A stretch of DNA of 64,000 nt from a virus: IMG/VR virus record IMGVR_UViG_637000207_000006. One strand, written 5' to 3'. The position numbers were made by a program, and so were the translations under genes. Below are positions 30,634-41,442 of the stretch, piece after piece; position 1 is the stretch's first letter, and each line of letters opens with the position of its first letter. The notes under the pieces were generated by a model. The model was not told where the DNA came from. It ran no database searches and saw nothing but the letters and a program-made list of their open reading frames with translations.

Positions 30634-31158
30634 TTAACCTCCAATATTGATGCGATAATCGGTCAGTTGATCAATGCCGCCAACACGGAAGATATTGGCC
30701 AGATAATCCAGTTCTAACAGCTCCTCACCATCCAGTACCTGCTTAATATAGGTACTGGTAAAGCTACTGGAAAAATCAGCATTTTCATGTTGCTTAAATG
30801 TGCCCAGCGGATTCTTCTTAAATAAAATGGTCAGATATGTCACCAATGGCACTTCATCAATGCGCCCCTGTGAACTGAATTTCTGGACGCTGGAACGGCA
30901 CTGCAATGCCAGAGACTTATAGGGATTGGCAGCAGATAACATGGCGTCACGGTAGAAACTGTTCCACTTGATCTCGCCTTCCAGTTTATCGAAGCCTGCC
31001 GGTAGCTCCACTTTGCCGACCATCCCCAGCGCCTTATGCTCCTGCATGGTCATGGAAACGTCTGGCAGTTTCACTTCTTCAGCCCGTCCCAACAGGTTAT
31101 TGCCGTCAATATAAATATTGGCGTTGGTGATGCGGTTAATCTCTATTTTTCCGGCCAT
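30634..31158 (-). CDS. Tail tube protein (P2 FII-like)
   Basis: 174 aa, ANIYIDGNNLLGRAEEVKLP. Confidence 0.9.
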   Translation of the reverse strand: MAGKIEINRITNANIYIDGNNLLGRAEEVKLPDVSMTMQEHKALGMVGKVELPAGFDKLEGEIKWNSFYRDAMLSAANPYKSLALQCRSSVQKFSSQGRIDEVPLVTYLTILFKKNPLGTFKQHENADFSSSFTSTYIKQVLDGEELLELDYLANIFRVGGIDQLTDYRINIGG

Positions 31159-32585
31159 TAATTATTTCCCTTTAAATTCAGCAAATATTCAGAGGTAATT
31201 TCGGTCTCAAATGTCAGCCGTTCCAGTGGTGGTGGCGGTGTGTACTTATAACTGAGTAACAGATGACCTGATGCCAGCTCCGTTTCTTCGTTATGGGTCG
31301 GATCAAACCAGCATTTGAATCCCAACAAAGCGCCATCAGCAATCAATTTACGACCATAGGCATTCACAGATTCTGTCAGGGCATCTATCAGCGCTGGCGT
31401 GATCGGCATATCGATATATTGCTGACTGAAGTAACGCAGGGATTCATTAATCACGTCGCCCGTTCTGCGCACGTTCTCGAAGTTACGCATGTGTGTCACA
31501 GTTGGCCACGCGGCGGTACGGTTGCCCCATAAGCGCAAACCAGAGCCATAATTATTGAACACTGTAGTAATCCCTTGTTCATTGAGCTGGTTCACTTCAC
31601 TTTGTGGATCGTCAATTATGGCGGATAGCTGGCGCTCAATACCTGTGATCCCCATAATTTCTTGATTGGAGGATGACCACCAAAAACCTTTGTCTGCATC
31701 AATCTTGGCACGCAGCCCTGCTGCACGAGATGACAAGGGTTCCAGGCGCTCGCTATTGCTTTCCGCATCATAGACTTTGACGTGTGGGTAACACAGCCGG
31801 ACACGATCAGAACTGGTATTAAAATTGATTGTGCCAGACGGGCCGCGGCCACTGATAGCCTGAACAAAAGTGGTGCCTATCGGGGCATCAATATAGGTCA
31901 TGGCACCCAATTTAGTTGCAAGGGCAATCAGTTCTGTTGTCACACTTAACTGGGTACAGTAGACAGGAGCCAGCAAAATCTTGGCAAAGAACCCATACAG
32001 GTTATAAGTATCATTCAGTAACTTCATACCTGTACGGTTACCCGCTGCACTGATGCTGCCAATAATGTCAGCAGGCGTCACTAATGTAGGATCGGCAAAG
32101 TCATAGCTGGCAATCACGGTTGCGCCCGCAGCAATGTTTTTACCGATATTCTTGAGGCTGCCTGTTTGAGCATCCAAAGAATAATCTTGCCCTTCTACAT
32201 AAGGGGCACTACCAGAGGTGGATTTTAGTAAGACATTACTGACCACGGGATTAGCCAGTTTCGCTGTTCCTGTGGTTTTATCAAAGCTAATGCTTTCACT
32301 GGCAACATTAGCTTTATGCACCTCAGGATCAAGAACGTTAATAACCAGCACAGTTCCCGCCCCATGATCATAAATAGCATCCAGTGCTTGTGGGATGGTA
32401 AAACCATTCATTTGAGTACCAAATTGAGCGGCATCTTTTTCTGACAGACAAAGTGTCACTGCATTTACTGGCCCTATCGGTGCAGTACCAATTAAGCCGA
32501 TCACGGCGGATTTCACTGTCTTGACAGGACGCGAGCCTTTTTCGATTTCGATAGTTTCGACGCCATGCAAATAATTAGCGGCCAT
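31158..32585 (-). CDS. Tail sheath protein (P2 FI-like)
   Basis: MAANYLHGVETIE...LWGNRT...PPPPLERLTF. Confidence 0.93.
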   Translation of the reverse strand: MAANYLHGVETIEIEKGSRPVKTVKSAVIGLIGTAPIGPVNAVTLCLSEKDAAQFGTQMNGFTIPQALDAIYDHGAGTVLVINVLDPEVHKANVASESISFDKTTGTAKLANPVVSNVLLKSTSGSAPYVEGQDYSLDAQTGSLKNIGKNIAAGATVIASYDFADPTLVTPADIIGSISAAGNRTGMKLLNDTYNLYGFFAKILLAPVYCTQLSVTTELIALATKLGAMTYIDAPIGTTFVQAISGRGPSGTINFNTSSDRVRLCYPHVKVYDAESNSERLEPLSSRAAGLRAKIDADKGFWWSSSNQEIMGITGIERQLSAIIDDPQSEVNQLNEQGITTVFNNYGSGLRLWGNRTAAWPTVTHMRNFENVRRTGDVINESLRYFSQQYIDMPITPALIDALTESVNAYGRKLIADGALLGFKCWFDPTHNEETELASGHLLLSYKYTPPPPLERLTFETEITSEYLLNLKGNN

Positions 32586-32787
32586 CAGTGGCCTCCTCAG
32601 GCTTTTCTTTTTTCTTCAGGGGATTTTTTTGCTGTTCTGACAGTGGATGAAGATATCTCAGCGCGATCAATGTTTTCACATAATCATGCTGCTCTGGTAA
32701 ATCAACAGTTTTTTCTGACCAGAGCAAAACTTCAGTGCCATCAGCTAAAGTGACGCCGCTTGCTGGGCCTGTATAGAGGTATTTCAT
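32575..32787 (-). CDS. Small phage protein (Mu gp38-like position)
   Basis: 70 aa, YTGPASGVTL, between tail terminator and sheath. Confidence 0.65.
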   Translation of the reverse strand: MKYLYTGPASGVTLADGTEVLLWSEKTVDLPEQHDYVKTLIALRYLHPLSEQQKNPLKKKEKPEEATDGR

Positions 32788-33251
32788 TGTTCAGTTCCCT
32801 CATAATTGATTTGGGCTAACGGCGAACCATTCGGTAACTCACAGTCTTCGATAAATACACTTTCAGTCGCAAAATCCAGCGTGTATTGCCACAAACCAGC
32901 TATCTCACCGAGAAATGTATCCCGTACCAGCCAACATTTTCGTTGGCAGTTCGGTGGTTGGAATCCGCCGAGAACCCGGCGTACATCATCTAATGTGGCA
33001 ACGGCACCGTGACGTCCATTAAGCTGACGAAAAACTATGGTGGCATTGAGCATGACAGTTTGTGTCTGCAATACCGCCCCAACATCTTCAGGCTTGTCGA
33101 AGCGAGAACCGGGATAGCTGATTAAAATGGCTCCCACCGGATGGTTCAGCCTGAATTCAGTTGGCCTTTCAGGGAAATACTCCACCTGTAAGCCAGGTAG
33201 TTTTTCTCTTAGCCTCATGATAATGGCATCAATGATCGGCGAAACATCCAT
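32784..33251 (-). CDS. Mu gp37-like tail terminator
   Basis: VEYFPERP..FRLNHPVGAILISY motif. Confidence 0.8.
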   Translation of the reverse strand: MDVSPIIDAIIMRLREKLPGLQVEYFPERPTEFRLNHPVGAILISYPGSRFDKPEDVGAVLQTQTVMLNATIVFRQLNGRHGAVATLDDVRRVLGGFQPPNCQRKCWLVRDTFLGEIAGLWQYTLDFATESVFIEDCELPNGSPLAQINYEGTEQ

Positions 33252-33688
33252 CAGTATTTCTCCAACATTCCTTTACTCCCTCCAAAGGTGGGACGACGCG
33301 CCCGAACACGAAACTCCCCCGGTTCAGGGGCATCTTTTCCTGTGGAAAGCAGGCCCAGTGTTAGTTTGGCATCTCGGATGTCAGCCAGTTGGCGCAAAAC
33401 AATTTTGTAATCATCTATCACGGCTTCAGGAATAGAACCCTCTGGACGGCGGGCATACAGCCGATAGCGTGTTAACGTAATGGCGGCATCACGTAATACC
33501 GTGGGAACTTCCGCCAGAGGCAGGATATAACGCCCACGTAAATGGGCATCGATGAGTTCATCGGCATAGCGGATGGCACTGTTAACCACAGGCTCATTGA
33601 TCGTCTGAGCATTAGGTTCTTCGTTAGACAGCCATATCAATGATTGCGTTGGTATCTGCTCTTGCAAATCTTTCAGTGAGCAATACAT
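33251..33688 (-). CDS. Mu gp36-like head-tail adaptor (DUF1320)
   Basis: MYCSLKDL...IDAHLRGRYILPL; start ATG 33688. Confidence 0.85.
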   Translation of the reverse strand: MYCSLKDLQEQIPTQSLIWLSNEEPNAQTINEPVVNSAIRYADELIDAHLRGRYILPLAEVPTVLRDAAITLTRYRLYARRPEGSIPEAVIDDYKIVLRQLADIRDAKLTLGLLSTGKDAPEPGEFRVRARRPTFGGSKGMLEKY

Positions 33689-33689
33689 G

Positions 33690-34040
33690 TCATATGCCAC
33701 GTAAGATGCGAATGATATTACCTGCCGCTGTGGCATCATCCAGCGCAAACCCGACAGATGTTCCGGCAGCATTTTCAGCCGAACTCAGTGGTACCACACA
33801 GGCATCCTTATCCGACTGTACGACTTGCCCACGGGTTATTGGCCCACCAGCTTCAACAGCAATAATGCCCAATACATTAACAGGAACGACATCTCCAGCC
33901 TTCGCATCCACCTCTGCTATACCAAGTGCAACGGCTCCAGCCTGACACGGTGCATTATCAGTACTAACTAAACGATGCTGGATGATGTTCGCACTGGCGA
34001 TAATTGTTGTCGTCAATACGGATTGTTGTGTTACTGCCAT
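33690..34040 (-). CDS. Capsid cement protein (DUF2190)
   Basis: GIIAVEAGGPITRGQVVQSD. Confidence 0.8.
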   Translation of the reverse strand: MAVTQQSVLTTTIIASANIIQHRLVSTDNAPCQAGAVALGIAEVDAKAGDVVPVNVLGIIAVEAGGPITRGQVVQSDKDACVVPLSSAENAAGTSVGFALDDATAAGNIIRILRGI

Positions 34041-34053
34041 GATGATGTCTCCC

Positions 34054-34989
34054 TTACTTCACAATATTGGTAATCAGATAGCCGGCATCACCGCCAACAA
34101 CCGCAACTTTATAAATATCGGTATAACGACAGTAATTGACCTTACCGCCCACACCTTCATATTTATCCGCTACAGGCATTCCTTTGCGGCGGAACGTATA
34201 GCCAAAGGAGGGTTCATGCTCATCAGCACTTTCTGCTCCTGCCTGCGGAGGTGATACGTAATGCAACATCAAATTATCAGCCCAGATATCAACGGGATTT
34301 TCTTTAATGCTTGGAGTAGAAACAGGTTCACCAACGACAACGTTTTGGATTTGGAAAAGGTCTTTGAGTATTTCTATTGTGATACGTTTACGTTCGTTGG
34401 CTCCAATAGCTGCCTGAATTTCAGGATGAAATTTTAACAGTGACATCACGCTAGCCCCCATTGTCATGAGGTTTGGACGTACACCAATGGTAGTACGAAC
34501 AGCATCAACTCCAGCTTCAATGACTTTGATTGGATTACCTTTGCCACCAGCCCAACGTTCATTAGCTGTCAGACTCTTCACCGAGTCACTAAGATAAACT
34601 TCAGGGTCTTGTGCCAATCGAGCTGCATACAGTTCGCGCTTGAGGTTCACACCATTGGTGGAACGACGGATTGCCTTTGCTTCTTCATTAAATAAGGATT
34701 CTGATTTCTCACGATAATCAACAGGTGCAGCTAGATCATGTTCGTTGAGCACAATATCTAACGAAGAGCCTTTCTCACGGATCAAAACGTTACTGTTGGC
34801 ACCAACGGCACGCGTGGTGTCATATTCCACAAAAGCACTTTTGCCAAATGTCGGCACACTAGCACCTTCTTTCTCCATTTCGACGACGGGGAAAAGATGT
34901 TCGCCGATGAATGCCGCATTTTTATAACCACGAGCAACACTGGTTAGCACAGGATCAACAATACGTTTGCCTTTCAAATAATCAGACAT
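34054..34989 (-). CDS. Major capsid protein
   Basis: 311 aa after protease-scaffold; RIVDPVLTSVARGYKN. Confidence 0.87.
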   Translation of the reverse strand: MSDYLKGKRIVDPVLTSVARGYKNAAFIGEHLFPVVEMEKEGASVPTFGKSAFVEYDTTRAVGANSNVLIREKGSSLDIVLNEHDLAAPVDYREKSESLFNEEAKAIRRSTNGVNLKRELYAARLAQDPEVYLSDSVKSLTANERWAGGKGNPIKVIEAGVDAVRTTIGVRPNLMTMGASVMSLLKFHPEIQAAIGANERKRITIEILKDLFQIQNVVVGEPVSTPSIKENPVDIWADNLMLHYVSPPQAGAESADEHEPSFGYTFRRKGMPVADKYEGVGGKVNYCRYTDIYKVAVVGGDAGYLITNIVK

Positions 34990-35020
34990 TTATTTCTCCT
35001 CAATAATTACGTCCCTAGTG

Positions 35021-36115
35021 TTACAGGCAGCGGGTAACGGCTACGTCGTAACTGATGCCTTCTTTCTTCACCAGAGCGACGGCTTTTTGATGCAACGCCA
35101 GACGTTCAGGATCTGCATCAGAAAACTCAGCAATATCTGATGATGTGTTTTGGTCTACCCGGTCTTTTGTTGCATGTTCACCAAAATCAATAACAGGCTG
35201 GACAGAACTCAGCAGATCTTTAAACGCAGTAGCCAATGGTTTTTTCACATCACCTTCAGCAAACTCGACAGGGGAATCTCCTTGGGTTACAGCGTCCAGC
35301 AAGGCGATCACGATAGATTGAGCAGCTGGCGCCAATTTGCCGTCTGTGATCAGCTTTTCGGCAAATGCCACGTTTCCGGCATGTTGCTCAGTTTGTTTGC
35401 GCTTTGCGTCGGCAGCATCACGGGCAGTAAGCTGTTCTTTCAGGCGAGTGTTTTCATCTTTGAGCGCCTTTTTTTCTTCATTTGTCACGATGTTTTCCTC
35501 ATGTTGATGTGTGTTATTGGGTTCATGAAAGGCAGGAGCAGGCTGAGTCGTGCTATAAGCTTCTTCACGTAATGAATCTACCTGCCAAGAAGGAAGCGCT
35601 TTGTCTGCTTCGTCCATACCGAATTTACTAATCAAAAATTCTCGCAAACGCCCCCAAAGTGAAGCGTTGGTGATATCACTCCAATCAGAGAACTCGACGA
35701 CACCATATTCTTGTTCACTGAATTCAACCTGTCTCAATCCTTTAATGGCGGGTGGCTTCGCCCCCAAAAAGCCGACATGACGCAAATAGAGCACGCCGGG
35801 TTTAGGGTTGTTTGGGGAATCAGGTAAATAGAAAGAAGCAGAAATTTTTTTATAGCGGCCTGCATCGACCAATTCAGCGAACTGAACATCAACCTGTTGA
35901 GGCTCCGCAATCAAGTCATCACCGGAAGATGTCAGCGATTTAACCCAACCATAGGCGGGCAAATTGTCTTTTGGATGCCCAATCACAATCGGTGCTTCAT
36001 GCAACGATGAGTCATAAGCCTTTGCACAAGCTTGCAAATCTGCGGGGCTGAACGGCAATTGTTTGCCATTCATATCGGTATGTGTACCGGATTTGAAAAT
36101 GTGAAGTGACTTCAT
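35021..36115 (-). CDS. Protease-scaffold (Mu gpI/Z-like), internal scaffold start GTG 35488
   Basis: APIVIGHP...LRHVGFLGAKPPAIKGL; in-frame GTG with GAGGA SD 7 nt upstream. Confidence 0.87.
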   Translation of the reverse strand: MKSLHIFKSGTHTDMNGKQLPFSPADLQACAKAYDSSLHEAPIVIGHPKDNLPAYGWVKSLTSSGDDLIAEPQQVDVQFAELVDAGRYKKISASFYLPDSPNNPKPGVLYLRHVGFLGAKPPAIKGLRQVEFSEQEYGVVEFSDWSDITNASLWGRLREFLISKFGMDEADKALPSWQVDSLREEAYSTTQPAPAFHEPNNTHQHEENIVTNEEKKALKDENTRLKEQLTARDAADAKRKQTEQHAGNVAFAEKLITDGKLAPAAQSIVIALLDAVTQGDSPVEFAEGDVKKPLATAFKDLLSSVQPVIDFGEHATKDRVDQNTSSDIAEFSDADPERLALHQKAVALVKKEGISYDVAVTRCL

Positions 36116-36143
36116 TTTACTGCCTCTATTACGTTAATAGAGA

Positions 36144-36189
36144 CAGTTTCACTACAATCAGAAAAAACGACTTTTAATCTGCTTTAGAA
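36144..36189 (-). promoter_or_regulatory. Late promoter (copy upstream of the protease gene)
   Basis: CAGT at 36144, degenerate TTAATC-TGCT-TTAGAA at 36174. Confidence 0.55.
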
Positions 36190-36319
36190 AAGGATTGGGG
36201 AAGGAAATAGAAAAGTGGAGAACTGCATGCAATTAGATACCGAAAATTTGAGTCTGTAAACGCTTTATAAAGTTTTTTGCGGATGACAATGATAAATCAC
36301 CCGCATAGGGAAGCACAGT

Positions 36320-36769
36320 TTAACGATGCGCCGCTGATTCAAGATGTCGTTGAATGGTACTTAATACGGCTCTTACTGCTTCTGGTGATAATTCGCCTTG
36401 TTCTGTTACGGGCAGATAAGGCCGGGCTGGTAACAATACAGATTGATCGCGGCCAGTTTTACCTCCCAATTGATGAATACGCCCGTAGACTAAGTTTGTA
36501 CCGACAATTGCCGTGTGAGCATCATATCGGGTACTGACTGAACGCATCAAACGAGCAGTTTTTTGCAGTGTCTGACCACCACGTTCTTTTGCCGCCACTG
36601 AGGGTATCCATGCCGGGCGTCCTTCGGCTTCAAAGTTAAAAGCGGTTTCTGCTGACAATGTTCCAGCAATTTTACGCATGGCAAGTGTCAGATCATTAGT
36701 AGCCAATTCTAATGCCCGCAGTCCACGTCTTAGGTCTCCATCATTAATGGTGATAGTGATATTACTCAT
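36320..36769 (-). CDS. Virion morphogenesis protein (Mu gpG-like)
   Basis: VGTNLVYGRIHQLGG...LPARPYL. Confidence 0.88.
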   Translation of the reverse strand: MSNITITINDGDLRRGLRALELATNDLTLAMRKIAGTLSAETAFNFEAEGRPAWIPSVAAKERGGQTLQKTARLMRSVSTRYDAHTAIVGTNLVYGRIHQLGGKTGRDQSVLLPARPYLPVTEQGELSPEAVRAVLSTIQRHLESAAHR

Positions 36770-37592
36770 TCTGTCTTCCCAGTTCGCGACGGGCCAGTCC
36801 AGATAGCTCCCCATGATATCTGGCCAAATCGGGACGATATGCTGCCCCCGGCGAATATGACCAACCTACATCAGTCGCTACTTTTGTTATGCCGGTATTG
36901 AATGTAGCAACAGGCTGCATCTCACCTGTTTTTTGTGAAACCAATTTCAACTCCCAGCCCATTGCTTTACCTGAATGCATAACTTTCACCCCTCTGGCAC
37001 GAACATCATCATGACTGAGGGCAATCACACTGCAACGGCAACGCCAACCATTGGGAGGATAGAAGGCTTGCCAAAAAGGGTCGTCAGAGCGAAATACCAA
37101 ACCATGCAATGCGAGATGGCTCTTGCGTGTATGGTTATCGTTGATCCCTGTATACATCCAGTACGGTCGGTCATCAATATTTTCCATTTGTTCGGCCCAA
37201 CGGCCTGCACTGTACAGCACCGACATGTTGGTACGAAAGATAGTCTCAAGGTGCCACGGGCTACCTTGCTGAACAGTGACACGTTCCCCTGTAACGGGGT
37301 CATCGGTTTCTTTCGTTCCCCACCACCCCTTACGTCTTAATGTTGGCTCCAGCTCCTGACGAAACCAACGATCAGTCTTGCCTTCATCCAGTGCCTGCTG
37401 TAGCGCCTGGCGAATATCTTCCAGAATATCCAGACGCGTGACTTTCGCCACCGTGAATGCACGGGCATGAGTCTCTTGCCAAAGTTCTTCCCAATCCCAC
37501 GTTATCTTGTAGCCCTTAGATTGCAGATAACCAATGGCTCGCTTGGGAGGTAATGTCATGCAATACGCCAGTTCAGGCGTGGTTATGCTCAT
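36762..37592 (-). CDS. Minor head protein (Mu gpF-like)
   Basis: RAFTVAKVTRLDIL, YPPNGWRCRCSV. Confidence 0.9.
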   Translation of the reverse strand: MSITTPELAYCMTLPPKRAIGYLQSKGYKITWDWEELWQETHARAFTVAKVTRLDILEDIRQALQQALDEGKTDRWFRQELEPTLRRKGWWGTKETDDPVTGERVTVQQGSPWHLETIFRTNMSVLYSAGRWAEQMENIDDRPYWMYTGINDNHTRKSHLALHGLVFRSDDPFWQAFYPPNGWRCRCSVIALSHDDVRARGVKVMHSGKAMGWELKLVSQKTGEMQPVATFNTGITKVATDVGWSYSPGAAYRPDLARYHGELSGLARRELGRQNE

Positions 37593-39066
37593 GCAAGCGC
37601 CCCCAGATGTTAGACACAAACAAAACCCGTGCTAACTGCTCTTGCAAACCCTCTGCGTCCATGTGTGGATAAAGCTCGGCTAACTCTCCTGTTAGATCGC
37701 TGGGATTAACACCGTTTTGAACACGATAGAACAAAGGAAGCAGCAGAGATTCCAATGATTCATTCAATGATCCTTCATTCATCAAAATATCCAGTGCTTC
37801 ATCTAAGGTGTCTTGTGCTGCTAAATCTGCGTGAACAGCTTCAGAGAACGCCAGTGGGAGTGGTGGAATAGGCGTGGTTGACAAGGTTGTTTCATCAATA
37901 TCCCCATCCTGCAATTGATATTCGCGTTTCCAGTATTGCGGAGTAAATCTGACACCAGCCTGACTCAACTTAACATCACGATTAGCCTGTGTTTCATCTA
38001 CCGATTGCTGTTCCCAAAGACGATAGACCGGACATTCAACGTTACCGAAGTTCAGTTCTACAACCCAGCGTATAGTCTGATTAATGGCGCTGGTGATAAC
38101 GTCAGCATCAGCATCACGAATATCATCCGTTACCTCCAATCCCGCTTGTGCAGAGGCTTTATTGCTGTTTGCTTCGGTTGTTTGGTTTTGTCCCAGTAAC
38201 GCAATAGAGATCTCACTGCGAGCAACGGTAATTAAGTTCTGGTAAATATCACTGCTGTCTGATTTACCTGCTGCCTCTTTAATCTCAACGGAGGAATCAT
38301 CAGGAATGGCGGCAACTGCATCATCAATCATCGCTTCCATCGAATCCAATAACAGATCAATTTCACTTTGTGGCGTACCTCGTGGATGTTTTCCAATCAC
38401 CCACGGTGAACCATACTTCTCAGCAAAGCGTACCCAAAACTTCATGCCGCCTTTCTTAAAGGTGACGGGCCAGAAGCACATGGATAAATCTGGAAATCCA
38501 TAAGGGTTGTCATAAGTAGCATCTTGACGTGGTGTTACAAATTTATAGAGAGGAACCCGTTCTCCTTCTACGCCTGCATCACGGGCACGAAAACGCAGTT
38601 GGTTATCACGGTCATAGTGGAACCAGTCAGGCGGTTTGCTAACAATATCCGTCACTGACCATGATTGATTCTGGTTCCACATCAATTCACAAGGCTGATA
38701 GCCGTATAGAACAGCGTCATGCATTTCGCCAATGATACGTGACATATCCAAGTCCGCGAGCATGTCACGGATAAAGTTAAAGACTCGCACAGGGGCATTA
38801 CTACGTTCTACACCACGCTCCAGTGCTTTCACTCCGGCCTTGCGGCGGCGAATACATCCACCAACTAAAGGATCAGTACGTAATTCACGATAGACACGAA
38901 TATCCCGCCCTTGGGCTTTGAGAATAGTATCAGGGTTAGGTAGATATGTGCCCAGACTGTAGAAGTCAATGGAACGGCTACGCGATGCAATTTGTTCAGT
39001 GAATGACTGCTTTGATTCGGAAAAGTTAATAAATTCTGTTGGTGAAACCCAGATACCACGAGCCAT
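37573..39066 (-). CDS. Portal protein (DUF935, Mu gp29-like)
   Basis: FAEKYGSPWVIGKHP...IALLGQNQTT. Confidence 0.92.
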   Translation of the reverse strand: MARGIWVSPTEFINFSESKQSFTEQIASRSRSIDFYSLGTYLPNPDTILKAQGRDIRVYRELRTDPLVGGCIRRRKAGVKALERGVERSNAPVRVFNFIRDMLADLDMSRIIGEMHDAVLYGYQPCELMWNQNQSWSVTDIVSKPPDWFHYDRDNQLRFRARDAGVEGERVPLYKFVTPRQDATYDNPYGFPDLSMCFWPVTFKKGGMKFWVRFAEKYGSPWVIGKHPRGTPQSEIDLLLDSMEAMIDDAVAAIPDDSSVEIKEAAGKSDSSDIYQNLITVARSEISIALLGQNQTTEANSNKASAQAGLEVTDDIRDADADVITSAINQTIRWVVELNFGNVECPVYRLWEQQSVDETQANRDVKLSQAGVRFTPQYWKREYQLQDGDIDETTLSTTPIPPLPLAFSEAVHADLAAQDTLDEALDILMNEGSLNESLESLLLPLFYRVQNGVNPSDLTGELAELYPHMDAEGLQEQLARVLFVSNIWGRLHEHNHA

Positions 39067-40589
39067 TAGTATCCCTCCAGCATACGTGCAGACTGACGGC
39101 GTCGGCGGGAATTTGCCTTCACCGGACCTTTGTTAATTTCACGGCTGGCGAAGTACGCTAGGGCAAGGGCTATCGCTGCATCACCGTGGCGCTTGCCACC
39201 GTCCGCTTTTGCTTTTGAGCGCTGATCAGGTACACGGGGAACACCGTTAATGACCTGTACTGCTCTCAGGTCATCCAAAGTGTCTTCATCCTTTGGTAGA
39301 GCCTCCAGATTGCCGTCTTCCAGCGCAGCCTTCACCGGGGGCATATTGTCACGGTACCAACCTTCGGTGAGCATGACTTGCTGCACACGGCTGACGCCAT
39401 ATTTTTGCACGGCATATTCGGCCAGATAAGCACCGTTACCACGGGCATCAAAGGCTGCACCCAGCAGATTAGGAAGTCCATCCATTAGATACCAAGTGAT
39501 TTGCTCCTGTTGTTTAAATGGCACGTTGCGCAGCTCCAGCACAAACGGCACTCTGCGTACCAGATTTTTTTGTTGCAGCAATGGATAATCCACGGACAAA
39601 TCACCACTGCGGCCAAAATCGCGTCCCAGAAACGAACGAGCATCAGAAGGCAATGCATCTAACAACGGTTTCAGATTGGCTTTTAGCCACTCTTCGGTAT
39701 CTGTGCGGCGTATTTCATCGGATTTAAGCTCATATCCTTTCGGGCAAGTCAGTCGCAGCAGTGGCGTATCGGGAGACATCCGAGATTCAATCAGAGCGCG
39801 GGACAACCATGCTCCACCACCATTAGCAGGAATACAGTCCAATTCTTCTGATGCTCCAGCTCCGTAGAACTTGTACACCGACATCATCCACTGTTGTTCA
39901 ACCTCTTGTGACCATTCACGTCCGGTACGTAAGCAGACACGGTGAAATAGTCCTTCAGCCACAGCTTCCTTAAAGGTAATACGGTGGATAACGCCGTCCC
40001 TGCGTCCTGCCCGGATATCGTTCAGCAACTCATTAAACAAGTTGCTATCCCCGTTATGGGTGGAGATCACTCGCACTTTACCGCCCCAGATAAGCATGGC
40101 TAGCGCCGCTTTCAGTAATTCATCGAGCTGTTCGTGGAAAGCAGCTTCATCAATGACAATGATCCCCTGACGGCCACGCAAGTTAGACGGACGGCTAGAA
40201 AGCGCCACTACACGGAATCCAGAATCTGGAAATTTGATAGTGAAAGTTTTGATGTGCTTATCATCTTCGTCTTCTTCCCAGAACCCTTCTTCAATTTCAC
40301 TGGCTGCATAGTTGAAAGCACGAGCCCACATTGCACAGGCTTGAATATATTCAATGGTCATATCTTGGTTATAGGCGATGTAATACACATTCATGCCACC
40401 CGCAGCGGCAGAAGATGCGGCGATGAGTACATTATCTGACGCTTCAGCCCAAGTAATTCCCGTTCGACGACTCTTCTCATTGACTTTAAAAGAAGACGAG
40501 TCGGCCACCCATCGTTGCTGGTATGGCAATAAGACGACAGGTGCTGCTATTGAGGAAGTATCTGGTAGAACAGGTGCAAGCTGACTCAT
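39066..40589 (-). CDS. terL: Terminase large subunit (Mu gp28-like)
   Basis: LLPYQQRW...EKSRRTGITW, VIDEAAFH, GRDFGRSGD, HGDAAIA. Confidence 0.93.
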   Translation of the reverse strand: MSQLAPVLPDTSSIAAPVVLLPYQQRWVADSSSFKVNEKSRRTGITWAEASDNVLIAASSAAAGGMNVYYIAYNQDMTIEYIQACAMWARAFNYAASEIEEGFWEEDEDDKHIKTFTIKFPDSGFRVVALSSRPSNLRGRQGIIVIDEAAFHEQLDELLKAALAMLIWGGKVRVISTHNGDSNLFNELLNDIRAGRRDGVIHRITFKEAVAEGLFHRVCLRTGREWSQEVEQQWMMSVYKFYGAGASEELDCIPANGGGAWLSRALIESRMSPDTPLLRLTCPKGYELKSDEIRRTDTEEWLKANLKPLLDALPSDARSFLGRDFGRSGDLSVDYPLLQQKNLVRRVPFVLELRNVPFKQQEQITWYLMDGLPNLLGAAFDARGNGAYLAEYAVQKYGVSRVQQVMLTEGWYRDNMPPVKAALEDGNLEALPKDEDTLDDLRAVQVINGVPRVPDQRSKAKADGGKRHGDAAIALALAYFASREINKGPVKANSRRRRQSARMLEGY

Positions 40590-41131
40590 GTCGCAATTCC
40601 CAATATTTCCCGACGTAATGCAGCAACTGCTTCGGCAGATAATCCACCTTTGCGTGCAATTTTCTCTGCATTACTTGCAGCAGCTTCAGTTCGTGCCCGG
40701 ACTTCAGATTGGAATTTTTTCAGATTCACGCTAGCACGAGAAAGTGTAGCTACGTTTTTTGCCACCGTTGAAAGCAGTGTGACGCGCTCTTTTGGCGCAA
40801 TCTCTCCGTTTTCAGCTTCCTGAAGTTGAATAATACTTTCAAAAAGTTCAGTCTGAATTAAAGCAATCACAGCCTCAGAACGTGCATCTTGATCATCCAC
40901 GGCACCTTCTGTGAGCATCCGAGCTGCTTCTGTTGCTGCCCGTATTGCACCGTATCGCTTTTCTATTTTTTGTCCATAACGGTGAATAGCAGACTTACTG
41001 ATTACATAACCTTGATCACGCAGCAAGGTTTCGAGTTCCTGGTATCCACTAAATCCTGATTCAGTCAAAGCCCGTTCCAACCAACGCCGAACGTCTTCAG
41101 GGAGTTTATCAATAGTGCTTCGACGCGCCAT
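40586..41131 (-). CDS. terS: Terminase small subunit (DUF3486, Mu gp27-like)
   Basis: MARRSTIDKLP...ISKSAIHRYG. Confidence 0.88.
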   Translation of the reverse strand: MARRSTIDKLPEDVRRWLERALTESGFSGYQELETLLRDQGYVISKSAIHRYGQKIEKRYGAIRAATEAARMLTEGAVDDQDARSEAVIALIQTELFESIIQLQEAENGEIAPKERVTLLSTVAKNVATLSRASVNLKKFQSEVRARTEAAASNAEKIARKGGLSAEAVAALRREILGIAT

Positions 41132-41442
41132 TATTCACTCCAGTACTTTTCAGGACGAGCAATACCAAGGCTGCATTCGACCGTATATTCAACAACATCA
41201 ACACCAATACGAGTTAAGTCAGCAAACCAACTACCCGATGGCTGTTTATTGAGGTCAATTAATTTACGGTCTGCCAGATAATCCAATTCCTTCCGTAATT
41301 CCAATGCAGTGACGTCAGGATAAATCGCGCGAGATATATCCAATAACAAAGTTTCACTGGCGGTATATGGGCGGGTTTTATTCAGTGCGACCAACAGACT
41401 CCAGCGCAATGATTCACGACGAACACGAGCAACATCAATCAT
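41131..41442 (-). CDS. Mu gp26-like winged-helix protein
   Basis: ELDYLADRKL...LTRIGVDVVEYTV. Confidence 0.8.
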   Translation of the reverse strand: MIDVARVRRESLRWSLLVALNKTRPYTASETLLLDISRAIYPDVTALELRKELDYLADRKLIDLNKQPSGSWFADLTRIGVDVVEYTVECSLGIARPEKYWSE